Shown here in pieces: positions 1-10,320 of a stretch of 64,000 bases of DNA; the stretch's first letter is position 1; each line of letters begins with the position of its first letter. Made by a program: the position numbers and the translations under genes. Under the pieces are notes generated by a model. The model was given only the letters and a program-made list of their open reading frames with translations. It was not told where the DNA came from and ran no database searches. Source of the stretch: Lentisphaerae bacterium RIFOXYA12_FULL_48_11 (GTDB lineage: Bacteria; Verrucomicrobiota; Kiritimatiellia; UBA8416; YA12-FULL-48-11); contig MHBM01000243.1 of assembly GCA_001804885.1 (NCBI GenBank), positions 28,119 to 92,118 on the forward strand, given 5' to 3'.

Positions 1-1617
1 TCCGGGACTGTGAGAACGCGTTTCCCCCCCGAACCCAACGGGTATCTGCATATTGGTCACGCAAAATCTATTTGTCTTAATTTCGGAATAGCTGCGGAAG
101 CAAATGGGGAATGCCATCTTCGTTATGATGACACGAATCCATCAACAGAGGACGTTGAATATGTTGACTCTATCAGAAATGATGTCAGATGGTTAGGATG
201 GGATTGGGGTGAGAATGAATTCTACGCTTCGGATTACTTTGAGCAAATGTACCTGTATGCGGTCAAACTGATCAAGAAGGGTAAAGCCTATGTATGCACT
301 CTTAGCCCTGAAGAATTCAAAGAGTACAGGGGAATACCCACCAAACCTGGCAAGGAAAGTCCCTGGCGGAATCGACCGATAGATGAGAACCTCGATCTTT
401 TTGAACGGATGAAAAAAGGTGAATTCCAGGATGGCGAATATGTCTTGAGGGCCAAGATTGACATGGCGTCTCCAAACATTCATATGCGCGATCCCGCAAT
501 TTACAGGATAAAACATGCGTCGCATCACCGTACATTGGATAAATGGTGTATTTACCCCATGTACGATTTTGCCCATTGTATAGAAGATTCCATTGAAAGG
601 ATAACGCATTCGATATGTACCCTTGAATTTGAAGTACATCGTCCGTTATATGACTGGATATTGAATGAATTGGAAGTCGAATGTCATCCCCAGCAGATTG
701 AATTTGCCCGTCTAAATTTAACATATACGGTCATGAGTAAGCGAAAACTTCTGGAACTTGTTAAAAATCAATATGTTGTAGGATGGGATGATCCGCGTTT
801 GCCTACAATATCGGGCTTGCGCCGCCGTGGTTATACACCAGAAGCTATAAGAGAATTCTGCAGACGTGTTGGTGTTACAAAGTTCAATAGCTATACAGAA
901 ATTGAGCTTCTCGAGTATTGCGTTCGCGAAGACTTGAACAAGCATGCGTTGAGGGTTATGGGGGTATTGGACCCTCTCAAGATAGTAATTGAAAATTACC
1001 CTGATGGGAAAACAGAGATGCTTGACGCCGTCAACAATCCGGAAGATCCATCGGCAGGCATCAGAAAAGTGCCATTCAGCCGTGAATTGTATGTTGACAG
1101 CGATGATTTCATGGAAAATCCGCCGAAAAAGTTTTTTCGATTGACTCCCGGAAATGAAGTGCGTTTGCGTTATGCATATTTCATAAAGTGCCATAAAATC
1201 ATAAAAGATATGAAAACCGGAAAGGTTATTGAACTTCGGTGTACCTATGATCCGGATACTCTGGGCGGGCAAGCTCCAGATGGCAGAAAAGTTAAAGGCA
1301 CAATACACTGGGTCTCTGCAAAACATTGTCTTGATGTAGAGGCCCGAATGTACGACCGCCTCTTAACACAGGAAAGACTTGATGAAGTCGATGAAAACAA
1401 GGATTTCAAGGATTATCTGAATCCTAAATCCATGCAGGTTATTCGCTGTAAAGTTGAACCATCTCTTGCTGAAACAAAAGCTGGGGCGCATTATCAATTT
1501 GAACGAAAGGGGTATTTCTTTGTAGATCCGGTTGATTCGAAACCTGGCACCCCTGTATTCAATCAAACCGTATCCCTAAAAGATGCTTGGGCAAAGATAC
1601 AAAAGAAAGGTTCGTGA
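1..1617 (+). CDS. glnS: glutaminyl-tRNA synthetase (5' end lies upstream of the window)
   Basis: The frame is open to base 1. [25 protein letters not shown] carries the HIGH motif and [10 protein letters not shown] the KMSKS-type motif. The sequence is GlnRS-like over its whole length. Confidence 0.95.
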   Translation, partial: SGTVRTRFPPEPNGYLHIGHAKSICLNFGIAAEANGECHLRYDDTNPSTEDVEYVDSIRNDVRWLGWDWGENEFYASDYFEQMYLYAVKLIKKGKAYVCTLSPEEFKEYRGIPTKPGKESPWRNRPIDENLDLFERMKKGEFQDGEYVLRAKIDMASPNIHMRDPAIYRIKHASHHRTLDKWCIYPMYDFAHCIEDSIERITHSICTLEFEVHRPLYDWILNELEVECHPQQIEFARLNLTYTVMSKRKLLELVKNQYVVGWDDPRLPTISGLRRRGYTPEAIREFCRRVGVTKFNSYTEIELLEYCVREDLNKHALRVMGVLDPLKIVIENYPDGKTEMLDAVNNPEDPSAGIRKVPFSRELYVDSDDFMENPPKKFFRLTPGNEVRLRYAYFIKCHKIIKDMKTGKVIELRCTYDPDTLGGQAPDGRKVKGTIHWVSAKHCLDVEARMYDRLLTQERLDEVDENKDFKDYLNPKSMQVIRCKVEPSLAETKAGAHYQFERKGYFFVDPVDSKPGTPVFNQTVSLKDAWAKIQKKGS

Positions 1618-1697
1618 TTCTTTTGTATAGCTAATAGTGTGCGCAAAATCCAATTATCATTATGTATCAAGTCTACCAGGAAATCCGGTGATGGAAT

Positions 1698-3056
1698 ATG
1701 TCGAACCAAGATAAAAAACGCAGGGTAGTGGTTATTGTAGGACGTCCCAATGTCGGTAAATCTGCACTCTTTAACCGGCTTGCCGGTGGACGTATTGCCA
1801 TTGTTCATCAAGAAAGTGGAGTAACCCGAGACAGGTTAATGCGTGAAATATCATGGGGCAGTGAACGCTTCGAGCTAATTGATACAGGAGGCATATGTAA
1901 CATTCAATTATCGACAAAGCAGGATGAAATCAACCTTGGCATACGTAAACAAGTCGAAATAGCACTTGAAGACGCTGCGGTTGTAATCCTTGTCGTAAAT
2001 ATTGAATCCGGAATTCTTCCTATGGATGAAGAGGTTGCCAGGTTACTGCACGGAAAGGGATGTTTCACTATTATTGCAGCCAATAAATCCGACAACCCTG
2101 CGAGGGATAACGGCGCAGCAGATTTTGAAAAATTCGGGTTCCCGGTCTTTCCCGTTTCCGCACTACATGACAGAGGTGTCGATATAATGATGCAGTCTGT
2201 GATCGCTTCTCTACCAGCGGCAGAAAATACCACGGTTTCAAAACCATTACGAATTGTGGTCGCAGGCAAACCGAACGCCGGAAAGTCAATGTATATCAAC
2301 AGGCTATTAAACAATGATCGTTTAATTGTATCCAATATTCCAGGAACAACGCGAGACAGTATTGATATACCTTTTACTATCGGGAAGGGAGAGCAGGCAA
2401 GACATTATCTTTTTGTTGATACTGCGGGGATGCGTCATCGCTCTAAAATCGATGACTCTGTCGAATGGTATAGCCATCTACGTTCCACTAACAGCATTGA
2501 GTCCGCGGATATAGTTCTTCTAGTAATGGATTGTACCGTGGGACCAACAGAGCAGGACAAGAAAATCGGATCATTTATCGCAAAAGAAAAAAAAGCCTGT
2601 ATCCTCCTTTTTAATAAATGGGATCTGGCTGAAGGAAAAGTTACACAAACGAAATACGCTCCTGCAGTCCTGGAGTCCATGCCGTTCTTGCGATACTGCC
2701 CGATGGTGTTTATATCCGCCAAAACAGGTTACAATATCCGAACAACTATAGATGTGATCGATCATGTGGCAGCACAACTTCAAATCTCTCTTCCTACTGG
2801 TATTTTAAACAGGGCAATCATTGATGCTTGCGAGCGGGTTCACGCGCCATCAGTTGGTGGAAGGCATCTCAAGATTTTCTATGTCACACAGGTCGGTCAT
2901 TCTCCTGTGAGAATAAATCTTTATGTGAACAATCCAAAGTTTGCCACACATGCGTATCGAGAGTATCTCTCAAAGCGGCTGCGTGAAAAATTTGGACTGG
3001 ATGGCGTTCCGATAGTGTTAAATTTCAGAGAGCGTACGCAAAAGGCAGAGAAATAA
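1698..3056 (+). CDS. der: ribosome-associated GTPase Der/EngA
   Basis: Two tandem GTPase domains with P-loops GRPNVGKSALFN and GKPNAGKSMYIN, DTGG/DTAG motifs and NKSD/NKWD motifs, followed by a C-terminal KH-like tail. Confidence 0.95.
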   Translation: MSNQDKKRRVVVIVGRPNVGKSALFNRLAGGRIAIVHQESGVTRDRLMREISWGSERFELIDTGGICNIQLSTKQDEINLGIRKQVEIALEDAAVVILVVNIESGILPMDEEVARLLHGKGCFTIIAANKSDNPARDNGAADFEKFGFPVFPVSALHDRGVDIMMQSVIASLPAAENTTVSKPLRIVVAGKPNAGKSMYINRLLNNDRLIVSNIPGTTRDSIDIPFTIGKGEQARHYLFVDTAGMRHRSKIDDSVEWYSHLRSTNSIESADIVLLVMDCTVGPTEQDKKIGSFIAKEKKACILLFNKWDLAEGKVTQTKYAPAVLESMPFLRYCPMVFISAKTGYNIRTTIDVIDHVAAQLQISLPTGILNRAIIDACERVHAPSVGGRHLKIFYVTQVGHSPVRINLYVNNPKFATHAYREYLSKRLREKFGLDGVPIVLNFRERTQKAEK

Positions 3057-3226
3057 CGTCTAGTTGTCTCTATCGAATGGCCATTTTTGGCCTGATTTAT
3101 GGGCTAAATAAAAAAAAGTATTTTTTTTCTTGTGGAGCACTACATATGGGGGTAATACAGAGGCGGTTTTAAAAACAAGTAGCACATACAGTATACAAGA
3201 AAATCTTGCTTTCTGGGGAGAATATC

Positions 3227-6157
3227 ATGTTGGAGGTTCGAGAATCCACCGAAACAAAGGATGGGCAGCAGACAGCTGTCAGAACTCGCGGTTTAAAAGG
3301 ACGAGGTTCCCGGAAGGCGGGAGATCAGGAGAGGCAGAAGAAACATATGGGGTTGAAGGTCGCACCATTTCTTGCAAAAAAAGAGATTAGCCCGTTCGAT
3401 GAAGTTGAGTGGGAAAAAAGGAAGGCATCTATCACCGATGACAAGGGTGGTGTCATATTTGTTCAAGACGATGTCGAAGTTCCCAAGTCATGGTCCATGC
3501 TTGCTACCAACGTTGTGGCTTCTAAGTATTTTTATGGCGGCACGGGAACAAAGGAGCGTGAATATTCTGTTCGCCAGTTGATACACCGTGTGGCACGTAC
3601 AATCGCTGATTGGGGACTGAATGGAGGCTACTTCGGAACCCCGGAAGATGCGGAAAACTTTTACAATGAACTGGTGTTTATCTGCCTGAATCAGTATGCG
3701 TCTTTCAACAGTCCAGTCTGGTTTAATGTGGGTCTATATCAGGTGTATGGTTATTCATCCAGTACTCGTACAAGCTTTTGCTGGGATGAAGAAGAGAAGC
3801 AGATATTGAAAATATCAAACACGTACAAAAATCCACAGGGATCTGCATGCTTTATCCAGTCAGTAGACGATACAATGGAAGACATCATGCGACTGGCCGC
3901 AACAGAAGCAATGCTCTTTAAGTATGGTTCCGGGACAGGAACAGACCTGAGTACGCTGCGTAGCAGCAGAGAAAAGTTATCAGGAGGGGGGGTTCCTTCT
4001 GGTCCTTTGAGCTTTATGCGCGTCTTTGATCAGGTGGCTGCAGTTATCAAATCAGGTGGCAAGACAAGACGTGCCGCAAAGATGCAGAGCTTGAAAATTT
4101 CACATCCAGATATAATGGACTTTATAAAGTGTAAGATGGATGAAGAGAAAAAGGCATGGGCTCTGATAGAACAGGGGTATGATGGATCTTTCGGCGGCGA
4201 AGCTTACTCTTCAGTGATGTTCCAGAATGCTAATCTTTCTGTGCGTGTAACAGATGAATTCATGCAGGCTGTAGAGAATGACAGTTCATGGCAAACAAAA
4301 GCCGTAGTGACTGGAGAGAATATCGACAGCTTCAAGGCAAGGGATATCCTCAGACAGATTGCCGATGCAACGTTTGTGTGCGGCGATCCTGGTCTGCAAT
4401 ATGATACAACAATCAACAAATGGAATACTTGTATCAATAGTGGGAGAATAAACGCCAGTAATCCATGCTCGGAATTCATGTTCCTGGACAATAGCGCATG
4501 TAACCTCGCTTCTATTAATTTAATGAAATTGGTTGATGATAGCGGAACTGTCGATCTTGAAAAACTCAGACATGTTTCCAGAATGCTGATCATTGCGCAG
4601 GAAATAATTGTGGATAGTAGCAGTTACCCTACGCAGGAGATTGCGGAGAATTCCCACCGGTATCGCCCTCTAGGCCTTGGTTACGCTAATCTTGGGGCGT
4701 TAATCATGAGGGAGGGGATGGCTTATGACAGTGACGAGGCAAGAGCATTCGCAGGCGCGTTGACAGCACTCATGACCGGATACGCTTATTCTACGTCTCA
4801 GGAACTTGCGGGTTCATGCGGCACGTTCAGTGATTATGCCGCAAACCGTGATTCGATGTTAAATGTTATGAAGATGCACAGGGAGGCTCTTGGTAATATT
4901 GATAGCACCATTTGTCCTCCATATTTAAGGAAGGCAGGAGAACAGATCTGGAGCCAGATCGTTGAGTCAGCTCCGCGGACCGGTTTCAGGAATGCACAAG
5001 TAACATTGCTCGCACCAACCGGAACGATAGGCTTCATGATGGATTGCGATACCACAGGAGTTGAACCGGATATAGCGCTGGTTAAATACAAACAGTTAGC
5101 TGGCGGTGGCATGATGAAACTCGTCAACAGGACACTGCGTCCGGCGCTCTCTCGCCTTGGTTATTCCGACGAAGAAGTTGAATCCATCATCAAGTTTGTC
5201 GATGAAAAGGATACAATTGAGGGTGCGCCAAAGCTGAAGCCTGAACATCTGAAAATATTCGATTGTGCCTTCAAGCCTAAGAATGGGAATCGATGTATAT
5301 CATATAAGGCACATCTAAAAATGATGGCCGCAGTTCAGTCGTTCCTCTCGGGAGCTATCAGCAAGACCGTAAATCTGCCCACAGATGTTGCTGTTAACGA
5401 TATAATACAGGTCTATATTGATGGATGGAAAATGGGACTCAAAGCTGTAGCTGTCTATAGAGATGGTTCCAAGAGAACCCAACCTTTGAATGTTACTAAC
5501 GTAACGGGTGATAAAAGGACCTCCGTAGCAGCAGCTGCTGCTGCCGAAGCTGCCCGCGTCGAGGCCCTGATGATGACTCCATTCAGAAAGAGAATGCCTC
5601 TCACACGACAATCCATAACGCATAAGTTCGAAGTCGCAGGACACGAGGGATATCTGACTGTTGGAATGTACGAAGATGGAGCTCCTGGAGAGTTGTTTAT
5701 TACTATGGCTAAAGAGGGTAGTACGGTAGGCGGCACAATGGATTCTTTTGGAACTGCTATATCACTTTGTCTGCAGTACGGCGTTCCGTTAAACGAACTG
5801 GTCAAGAAATTCGCGCATAGCCGGTTTGAACCCAGTGGTTTTACTAAGAATCCGGACATACCCATTGCAAAATCAATTATTGATTATATTTTCCGCTGGC
5901 TCGATATAACGTTCCCGGGAGGTAAGGCCCCTATTGCTGGTCAAGCAGTCACTCAGCCAGTTGAAGCAGAAAAAGCTATTGCGGTTTTGAAACCAGCCGC
6001 TTCGCACAACAATAAAGGTAAAGAGAAGCGGGTTGACGAACAATTTGAAACATTTCAAGAAGACGCACCAGCATGTGACGTATGTGGAGCTATTACCGTA
6101 AGAAATGGCGCATGTTACCGCTGCTATAATTGCGGTAATTCCATGGGATGTTCATAA
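3227..6157 (+). CDS. nrdJ: class II (adenosylcobalamin-dependent) ribonucleotide reductase
   Basis: Active-site region SNPCSEFMFLDNSACNLASINL and a C-terminal Cys cluster CDVCGAITVRNGACYRCYNCG. Start set at ATG 3227, with GGGGAG 6 nt upstream. TTG 3206 and ATG 3347 are alternative starts. Confidence 0.9.
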   Translation: MLEVRESTETKDGQQTAVRTRGLKGRGSRKAGDQERQKKHMGLKVAPFLAKKEISPFDEVEWEKRKASITDDKGGVIFVQDDVEVPKSWSMLATNVVASKYFYGGTGTKEREYSVRQLIHRVARTIADWGLNGGYFGTPEDAENFYNELVFICLNQYASFNSPVWFNVGLYQVYGYSSSTRTSFCWDEEEKQILKISNTYKNPQGSACFIQSVDDTMEDIMRLAATEAMLFKYGSGTGTDLSTLRSSREKLSGGGVPSGPLSFMRVFDQVAAVIKSGGKTRRAAKMQSLKISHPDIMDFIKCKMDEEKKAWALIEQGYDGSFGGEAYSSVMFQNANLSVRVTDEFMQAVENDSSWQTKAVVTGENIDSFKARDILRQIADATFVCGDPGLQYDTTINKWNTCINSGRINASNPCSEFMFLDNSACNLASINLMKLVDDSGTVDLEKLRHVSRMLIIAQEIIVDSSSYPTQEIAENSHRYRPLGLGYANLGALIMREGMAYDSDEARAFAGALTALMTGYAYSTSQELAGSCGTFSDYAANRDSMLNVMKMHREALGNIDSTICPPYLRKAGEQIWSQIVESAPRTGFRNAQVTLLAPTGTIGFMMDCDTTGVEPDIALVKYKQLAGGGMMKLVNRTLRPALSRLGYSDEEVESIIKFVDEKDTIEGAPKLKPEHLKIFDCAFKPKNGNRCISYKAHLKMMAAVQSFLSGAISKTVNLPTDVAVNDIIQVYIDGWKMGLKAVAVYRDGSKRTQPLNVTNVTGDKRTSVAAAAAAEAARVEALMMTPFRKRMPLTRQSITHKFEVAGHEGYLTVGMYEDGAPGELFITMAKEGSTVGGTMDSFGTAISLCLQYGVPLNELVKKFAHSRFEPSGFTKNPDIPIAKSIIDYIFRWLDITFPGGKAPIAGQAVTQPVEAEKAIAVLKPAASHNNKGKEKRVDEQFETFQEDAPACDVCGAITVRNGACYRCYNCGNSMGCS

Positions 6158-6313
6158 TATATCGATCATATCTGACGTTAAAGATGGTCATATCTTGTTT
6201 AGTGCAGCTAAGGAGTAGTTTTTATAAAATAGCGGTCAAATCATGCTTGATACTTATCGGAAGATTGCAGATACTCCACATCTTTCCTGAAATTTAATAC
6301 CGGAGGGTTAGTT

Positions 6314-6538
6314 ATGGGCAGAGATAGAATGTATGACAAAAAGCCGATCAACAGACTAAAGAAAGACGGTGTTGAGCGTAAGCGTCGGCAAAAAACACAA
6401 TTGAAAAGATTAATTGCGCTCGGCATGCCTGAGGCTGTGGCCAATAAGATGGATGCGAAAGCCGTCAGGGATATCCTGAAATATCCGGCTAAAGTCCCGC
6501 AGGCAGTCAAGTTGTACACTGGCGGAACAAAGAAGTAG
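6314..6538 (+). CDS. small basic hypothetical protein (74 aa)
   Basis: GGAGGG lies 6-7 nt upstream of the ATG. The protein is K/R-rich (MGRDRMYDKKPINRLKKDGVERKRRQKTQLKRL...). A strong intrinsic terminator follows. I recognise no family. Confidence 0.5.
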   Translation: MGRDRMYDKKPINRLKKDGVERKRRQKTQLKRLIALGMPEAVANKMDAKAVRDILKYPAKVPQAVKLYTGGTKK

Positions 6539-6568
6539 GATGTTCCATCTTATTTCGTGTATTGTATA

Positions 6569-6603
6569 CGCCGATAACCTCGCATGGTTATCGGCGTTTT
6601 TTT
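6569..6603 (+). terminator. rho-independent terminator
   Basis: Perfect 11-bp stem cgccgataacc / ggttatcggcg with a 6-nt loop, followed by T7. Confidence 0.85.
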
Positions 6604-6683
6604 ATGCTAAAAAACGAAAATATTCCAAGAATAACGGGGTTTCAATTTGACAATTGCAGGGACAGCAAGGAAAATTCATACTA

Positions 6684-7472
6684 ATGTTCAAGATGTTTAA
6701 AGATTTATCCTCCCACAAGGAATTGATGCTTATCCTTGTGCAGCGCAATATAAAAATTCGGTATAAAAATTCTGTACTTGGGTTCTTGTGGACATTGCTT
6801 GGTCCGATATTCCTTATCTGTATATATGCTATTTTCCTGAATCTGATGAAATTTGACATGAATCTTCCATCACTTGTAACTGGAATTATTGCTTGGCAGT
6901 TTCTGGCGATGTGTATGGGTGATTCGCTACATGCTATAATCGGGAATGCCAATCTGGTTACAAAGGCATCGTTTCCTCGAATCATTCTTCCGACATCAAT
7001 GGTTTTGGCAAATACAGTAAATTTCCTGCTGTCAATGATAGTTCTCATAATATACCTGATAATAGTAAAAGTCAGTTTCGGGCCCTTGATACTGCTGCCT
7101 GTCATAATTATTACTCAATTGGCGCTTTGCTTGGGAATGGCACTCATTATCTCAACACTGAATGTATTTTTCCGAGATACAGAACATGTCCTAAGCACAA
7201 TTATGCTGGCGTGGTTTTTCCTGACGCCGGTGATCTATGAGACAGGATATGTTATGCCACGGGCAACAGAACTTATTGGCCCCGCAGCTTATTTTTTGTT
7301 TTTCTCCAACCCGATGACCGGAATCTTGACGGCTTACCGTGCAGTATTCATGTCTTCTGGCATTACAGGACTTCACCTGGTTGGGATATCTTTTGCCGTT
7401 TCATGGGTATTATTTGTTATTGGGGTGATTTTTTTCCAGAAAGCCCAGGCTCGGTTTGGAGATGAATTATAG
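6684..7472 (+). CDS. wzm: ABC-2 type polysaccharide/O-antigen exporter permease
   Basis: Multi-span hydrophobic protein of ABC-2 permease type, followed directly by its ATPase. ATG 6684 is preferred over the TTG at 6654. Confidence 0.8.
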   Translation: MFKMFKDLSSHKELMLILVQRNIKIRYKNSVLGFLWTLLGPIFLICIYAIFLNLMKFDMNLPSLVTGIIAWQFLAMCMGDSLHAIIGNANLVTKASFPRIILPTSMVLANTVNFLLSMIVLIIYLIIVKVSFGPLILLPVIIITQLALCLGMALIISTLNVFFRDTEHVLSTIMLAWFFLTPVIYETGYVMPRATELIGPAAYFLFFSNPMTGILTAYRAVFMSSGITGLHLVGISFAVSWVLFVIGVIFFQKAQARFGDEL

Positions 7473-7475
7473 AAA

Positions 7476-8660
7476 ATGTCTGAGAACGTCATAACAGTAG
7501 AGAATATTGGGAAGATGTTCAGGCTGAAAAAAAGCGGATACAGAACGTTGAAATCTGCAATATTGGACTCCCTTCGTTTCAGAGGTAGCGCTATGCATGA
7601 CTTCTGGGCGCTGAAAGATATAAATTTTTCTGTGGGTAAAGGTGAATCTTTGGGCATTATCGGTATTAATGGGGCAGGGAAGAGCACTCTGTTATCACTC
7701 ATTGCTGGCACGAAACAGCCCACAGAAGGGCGAATCCAAACAAAAGGCAGTATGTCATGCCTTTTGGAACTTGGCGCCGGCTTTCACCCTGATTTAACGG
7801 GGCGAGAGAATGTCCTGCTTGCCGGTGCAATTATGGGAATTCCACAAGTCCAGATGAGGCAGAGAATTGATAGTATCATAGAATTTGCAGAATTGCAGGA
7901 ATTTATCGATCAGCCTGTTAAACACTATTCTTCAGGAATGTATGTGCGACTGGGGTTCGCTGTAGCAGTAGAAGTCAATCCTGATATACTTTTGATTGAT
8001 GAAGTCCTAGCGGTCGGGGATGCGGCTTTTCAGCGTAAGTGTATTCAGAAAATGGACGAGTTCCGCCAGAATGGCAAAACAATGTTAATCATTTCTCATG
8101 ACCTTCGTACCATACAGGCTATAAGTGATCGTATCCTATTTCTCAACGACGGTAAGGTTTTTGGCATAGGCGACCCTCAAAGCATGGTTCACTCATACGA
8201 ATCTCTATCACGCCAACTTGCCACACGCGGGCTTCGAAGAGAATGGGGCACTGGAGAGGTTAAGATTACCGGGGCAGAATTCTCCGATAAGAACGGAAAA
8301 CTGACAGACAGATTTAGATGGGGTGATTTACTGGATGCTAAAATATCGTATGATGCTCCAAAAATGATAAAGAATCCCGTTTTCGGTTTTGCAATATCTG
8401 ATTCCAATGGTCGCATAATTTATGGAAACAACACTCAGATAGAAAAATATGATATACCTTCCGTCCAAGGTAAAGGTTATGTATGCTTGCGAATAGACAA
8501 TATTCAAATGTCTCGAGGTAATTATCTTTTCTCGTTCTCGGTACATTCTTCTGATCATAAGGTGAATTACCATCGTCTTGATAATACTTTCCCCATAGCG
8601 GTGGAAAGTGATAAACCTTTTGAAGGTTTTTGTTACATGCCATGTCATTGGAAAAAATGA
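7476..8660 (+). CDS. wzt: polysaccharide ABC exporter ATPase with an extra C-terminal domain (Wzt-like)
   Basis: Walker A GINGAGKSTLL, signature YSSGMYVRLGF and Walker B ILLIDEVLAVGD. There is an additional C-terminal region of about 150 aa (EVKITGAEF...CYMPCHWKK), as in Wzt-type ATPases. Confidence 0.85.
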   Translation: MSENVITVENIGKMFRLKKSGYRTLKSAILDSLRFRGSAMHDFWALKDINFSVGKGESLGIIGINGAGKSTLLSLIAGTKQPTEGRIQTKGSMSCLLELGAGFHPDLTGRENVLLAGAIMGIPQVQMRQRIDSIIEFAELQEFIDQPVKHYSSGMYVRLGFAVAVEVNPDILLIDEVLAVGDAAFQRKCIQKMDEFRQNGKTMLIISHDLRTIQAISDRILFLNDGKVFGIGDPQSMVHSYESLSRQLATRGLRREWGTGEVKITGAEFSDKNGKLTDRFRWGDLLDAKISYDAPKMIKNPVFGFAISDSNGRIIYGNNTQIEKYDIPSVQGKGYVCLRIDNIQMSRGNYLFSFSVHSSDHKVNYHRLDNTFPIAVESDKPFEGFCYMPCHWKK

Positions 8661-9517
8661 AACTTCCAGAAATATCAGCAAAAAAAGAAGTGCGCACGCT
8701 AATCAAAAATGCCCTGAGGGAAGATATTGGTCAAGGAGATATAACCAGTAAAGCCTTAGTGGCCAGCAAAGCCAAGGCTAGGGCTGTGATCATAGCACGG
8801 AATAGTTGTATCGTTGCTGGCGGTACCATTGCCAGAGATGTTTTCCGACAGGTCGACGCCGGACTAAAATGCAGAATCTTCATTACAGACGGCTCAGTTG
8901 TTCAAAGAAACAAGCAAGTAATGGAAATAACAGGCAGTGTAGCTTCTATTCTTACAGCCGAACGGACTGCGCTGAATTTCCTCCAGAGGATGTCAGGAAT
9001 CGCCTCCCTGACTGCAGATTTCGTGAAGAAGACAAGAAAATATAATGTAATCATTCTGGACACACGAAAAACGACACCAACTTTAAGAAGCCTTGAGAAA
9101 TATGCCGTTTTATGCGGCGGCGGTTCAAACCACAGGATGGGCCTATACGACAGAATACTTATAAAAGACAATCATCTTAGATTTTGGACCACACAAGGAT
9201 TTCTGCCCTTAGACAAGGCAGTAGAAGAAGCACGGAAGCAATTCCCAAATACAGTCATAGAGATTGAGGTTGAGAATCTTATGCAACTTCAATGTGTATT
9301 AAGTGTAAAACCAGACTGGATATTGCTAGATAATATGACTACACGGCAATTACGGGAATGTGTCAAGGCATGTGCTGGCAAATGTCTCCTGGAAGCATCT
9401 GGTGGAATCAAATTATCAAATGTCGAATCAGTTGCAGCCACCGGTGTTGATGCCATCTCTCTGGGATGCCTGACGCATTCGGCAGCCGCTGCTGATTTCT
9501 CTCTTGAGCTGGATTAA
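8657..9517 (+). CDS. nadC: nicotinate-nucleotide (quinolinate) pyrophosphorylase
   Basis: TRKTTPTLRSLEKYAVLCGGGSNHRMGLYD and GVDAISLGCLTHS. ATG 8657 overlaps the wzt stop codon (ATGA). Confidence 0.9.
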   Translation: MKLPEISAKKEVRTLIKNALREDIGQGDITSKALVASKAKARAVIIARNSCIVAGGTIARDVFRQVDAGLKCRIFITDGSVVQRNKQVMEITGSVASILTAERTALNFLQRMSGIASLTADFVKKTRKYNVIILDTRKTTPTLRSLEKYAVLCGGGSNHRMGLYDRILIKDNHLRFWTTQGFLPLDKAVEEARKQFPNTVIEIEVENLMQLQCVLSVKPDWILLDNMTTRQLRECVKACAGKCLLEASGGIKLSNVESVAATGVDAISLGCLTHSAAAADFSLELD

Positions 9518-9539
9518 GAGCGTTCACATCATCTCGATC

Positions 9540-10307
9540 ATGAATAACGGAAATATTCTTTTGGTAGACGTTGGAAATACATCAACTTGTGTTGCTTTTC
9601 ATAATAAACGTTCGTTGTCATCTGTCGTCCGTATTGACACAAATCTTTGCAGTAAGTCGGTCGTTCGGAACATAATAAAAAAGAAGATGAAGGGCGCAAG
9701 GATTGCCATAGGGGTTTTATGTTCAGTCGTACCGCGCGTCAATCATATCTGGATTAAAGAGCTAAAGAGAATAACCAATAAAAATCCCCTTGTGGTGAAT
9801 TACAAAATGAACATCGGAGTTAAACTGGATTACCCAAAGCCCCAGTCAATAGGAGCTGACAGACTTGCCAACGTCTGTGCAGTTGTGGAGAAGTATGGAT
9901 ACCCTGTTATTGTTGCAGATTTTGGCACTGCTGTTACTTTTGATGTAGTTAATGCTGAATGTGCTTTTATCGGTGGTGTTATTGCGCCTGGGCTGCGAAT
10001 GATGACTGATTATATGGCCGATCGTACTGCACTGCTGCCTCGAATCGTTCTGAACGGTTCCGTGCGCAGAATAGGGCACAACACAAAAGAGGCTATGAAA
10101 ATAGGTGCCATAATAGGCTATCGAGGCCTTGTCCATGAAATTACACAATATATTATTAAGCATAATATGATAGGGGAACCTAAACTAGTGGCAACAGGCG
10201 GATTGGCTGAGACCGTTCTCAAGAATTACTGTGTGAAGTATCTAGTCGATAGAACTCTGACACTTCGAGGATTATATCGTATTTATCAATTGAATAATAA
10301 ACAGTGA
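9540..10307 (+). CDS. coaX: type III pantothenate kinase
   Basis: LLVDVGNTST and GADRLAN motifs. Start at ATG 9540. Confidence 0.9.
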   Translation: MNNGNILLVDVGNTSTCVAFHNKRSLSSVVRIDTNLCSKSVVRNIIKKKMKGARIAIGVLCSVVPRVNHIWIKELKRITNKNPLVVNYKMNIGVKLDYPKPQSIGADRLANVCAVVEKYGYPVIVADFGTAVTFDVVNAECAFIGGVIAPGLRMMTDYMADRTALLPRIVLNGSVRRIGHNTKEAMKIGAIIGYRGLVHEITQYIIKHNMIGEPKLVATGGLAETVLKNYCVKYLVDRTLTLRGLYRIYQLNNKQ

Positions 10308-10320
10308 AAAAGGAATTACA

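Noticed and set aside
3057-3226. Possible cobalamin riboswitch ahead of the B12-dependent nrdJ
   Set aside because: I recognised no B12-box or conserved cobalamin-aptamer core sequence. Cobalamin riboswitches are also not expected on nrdJ itself.
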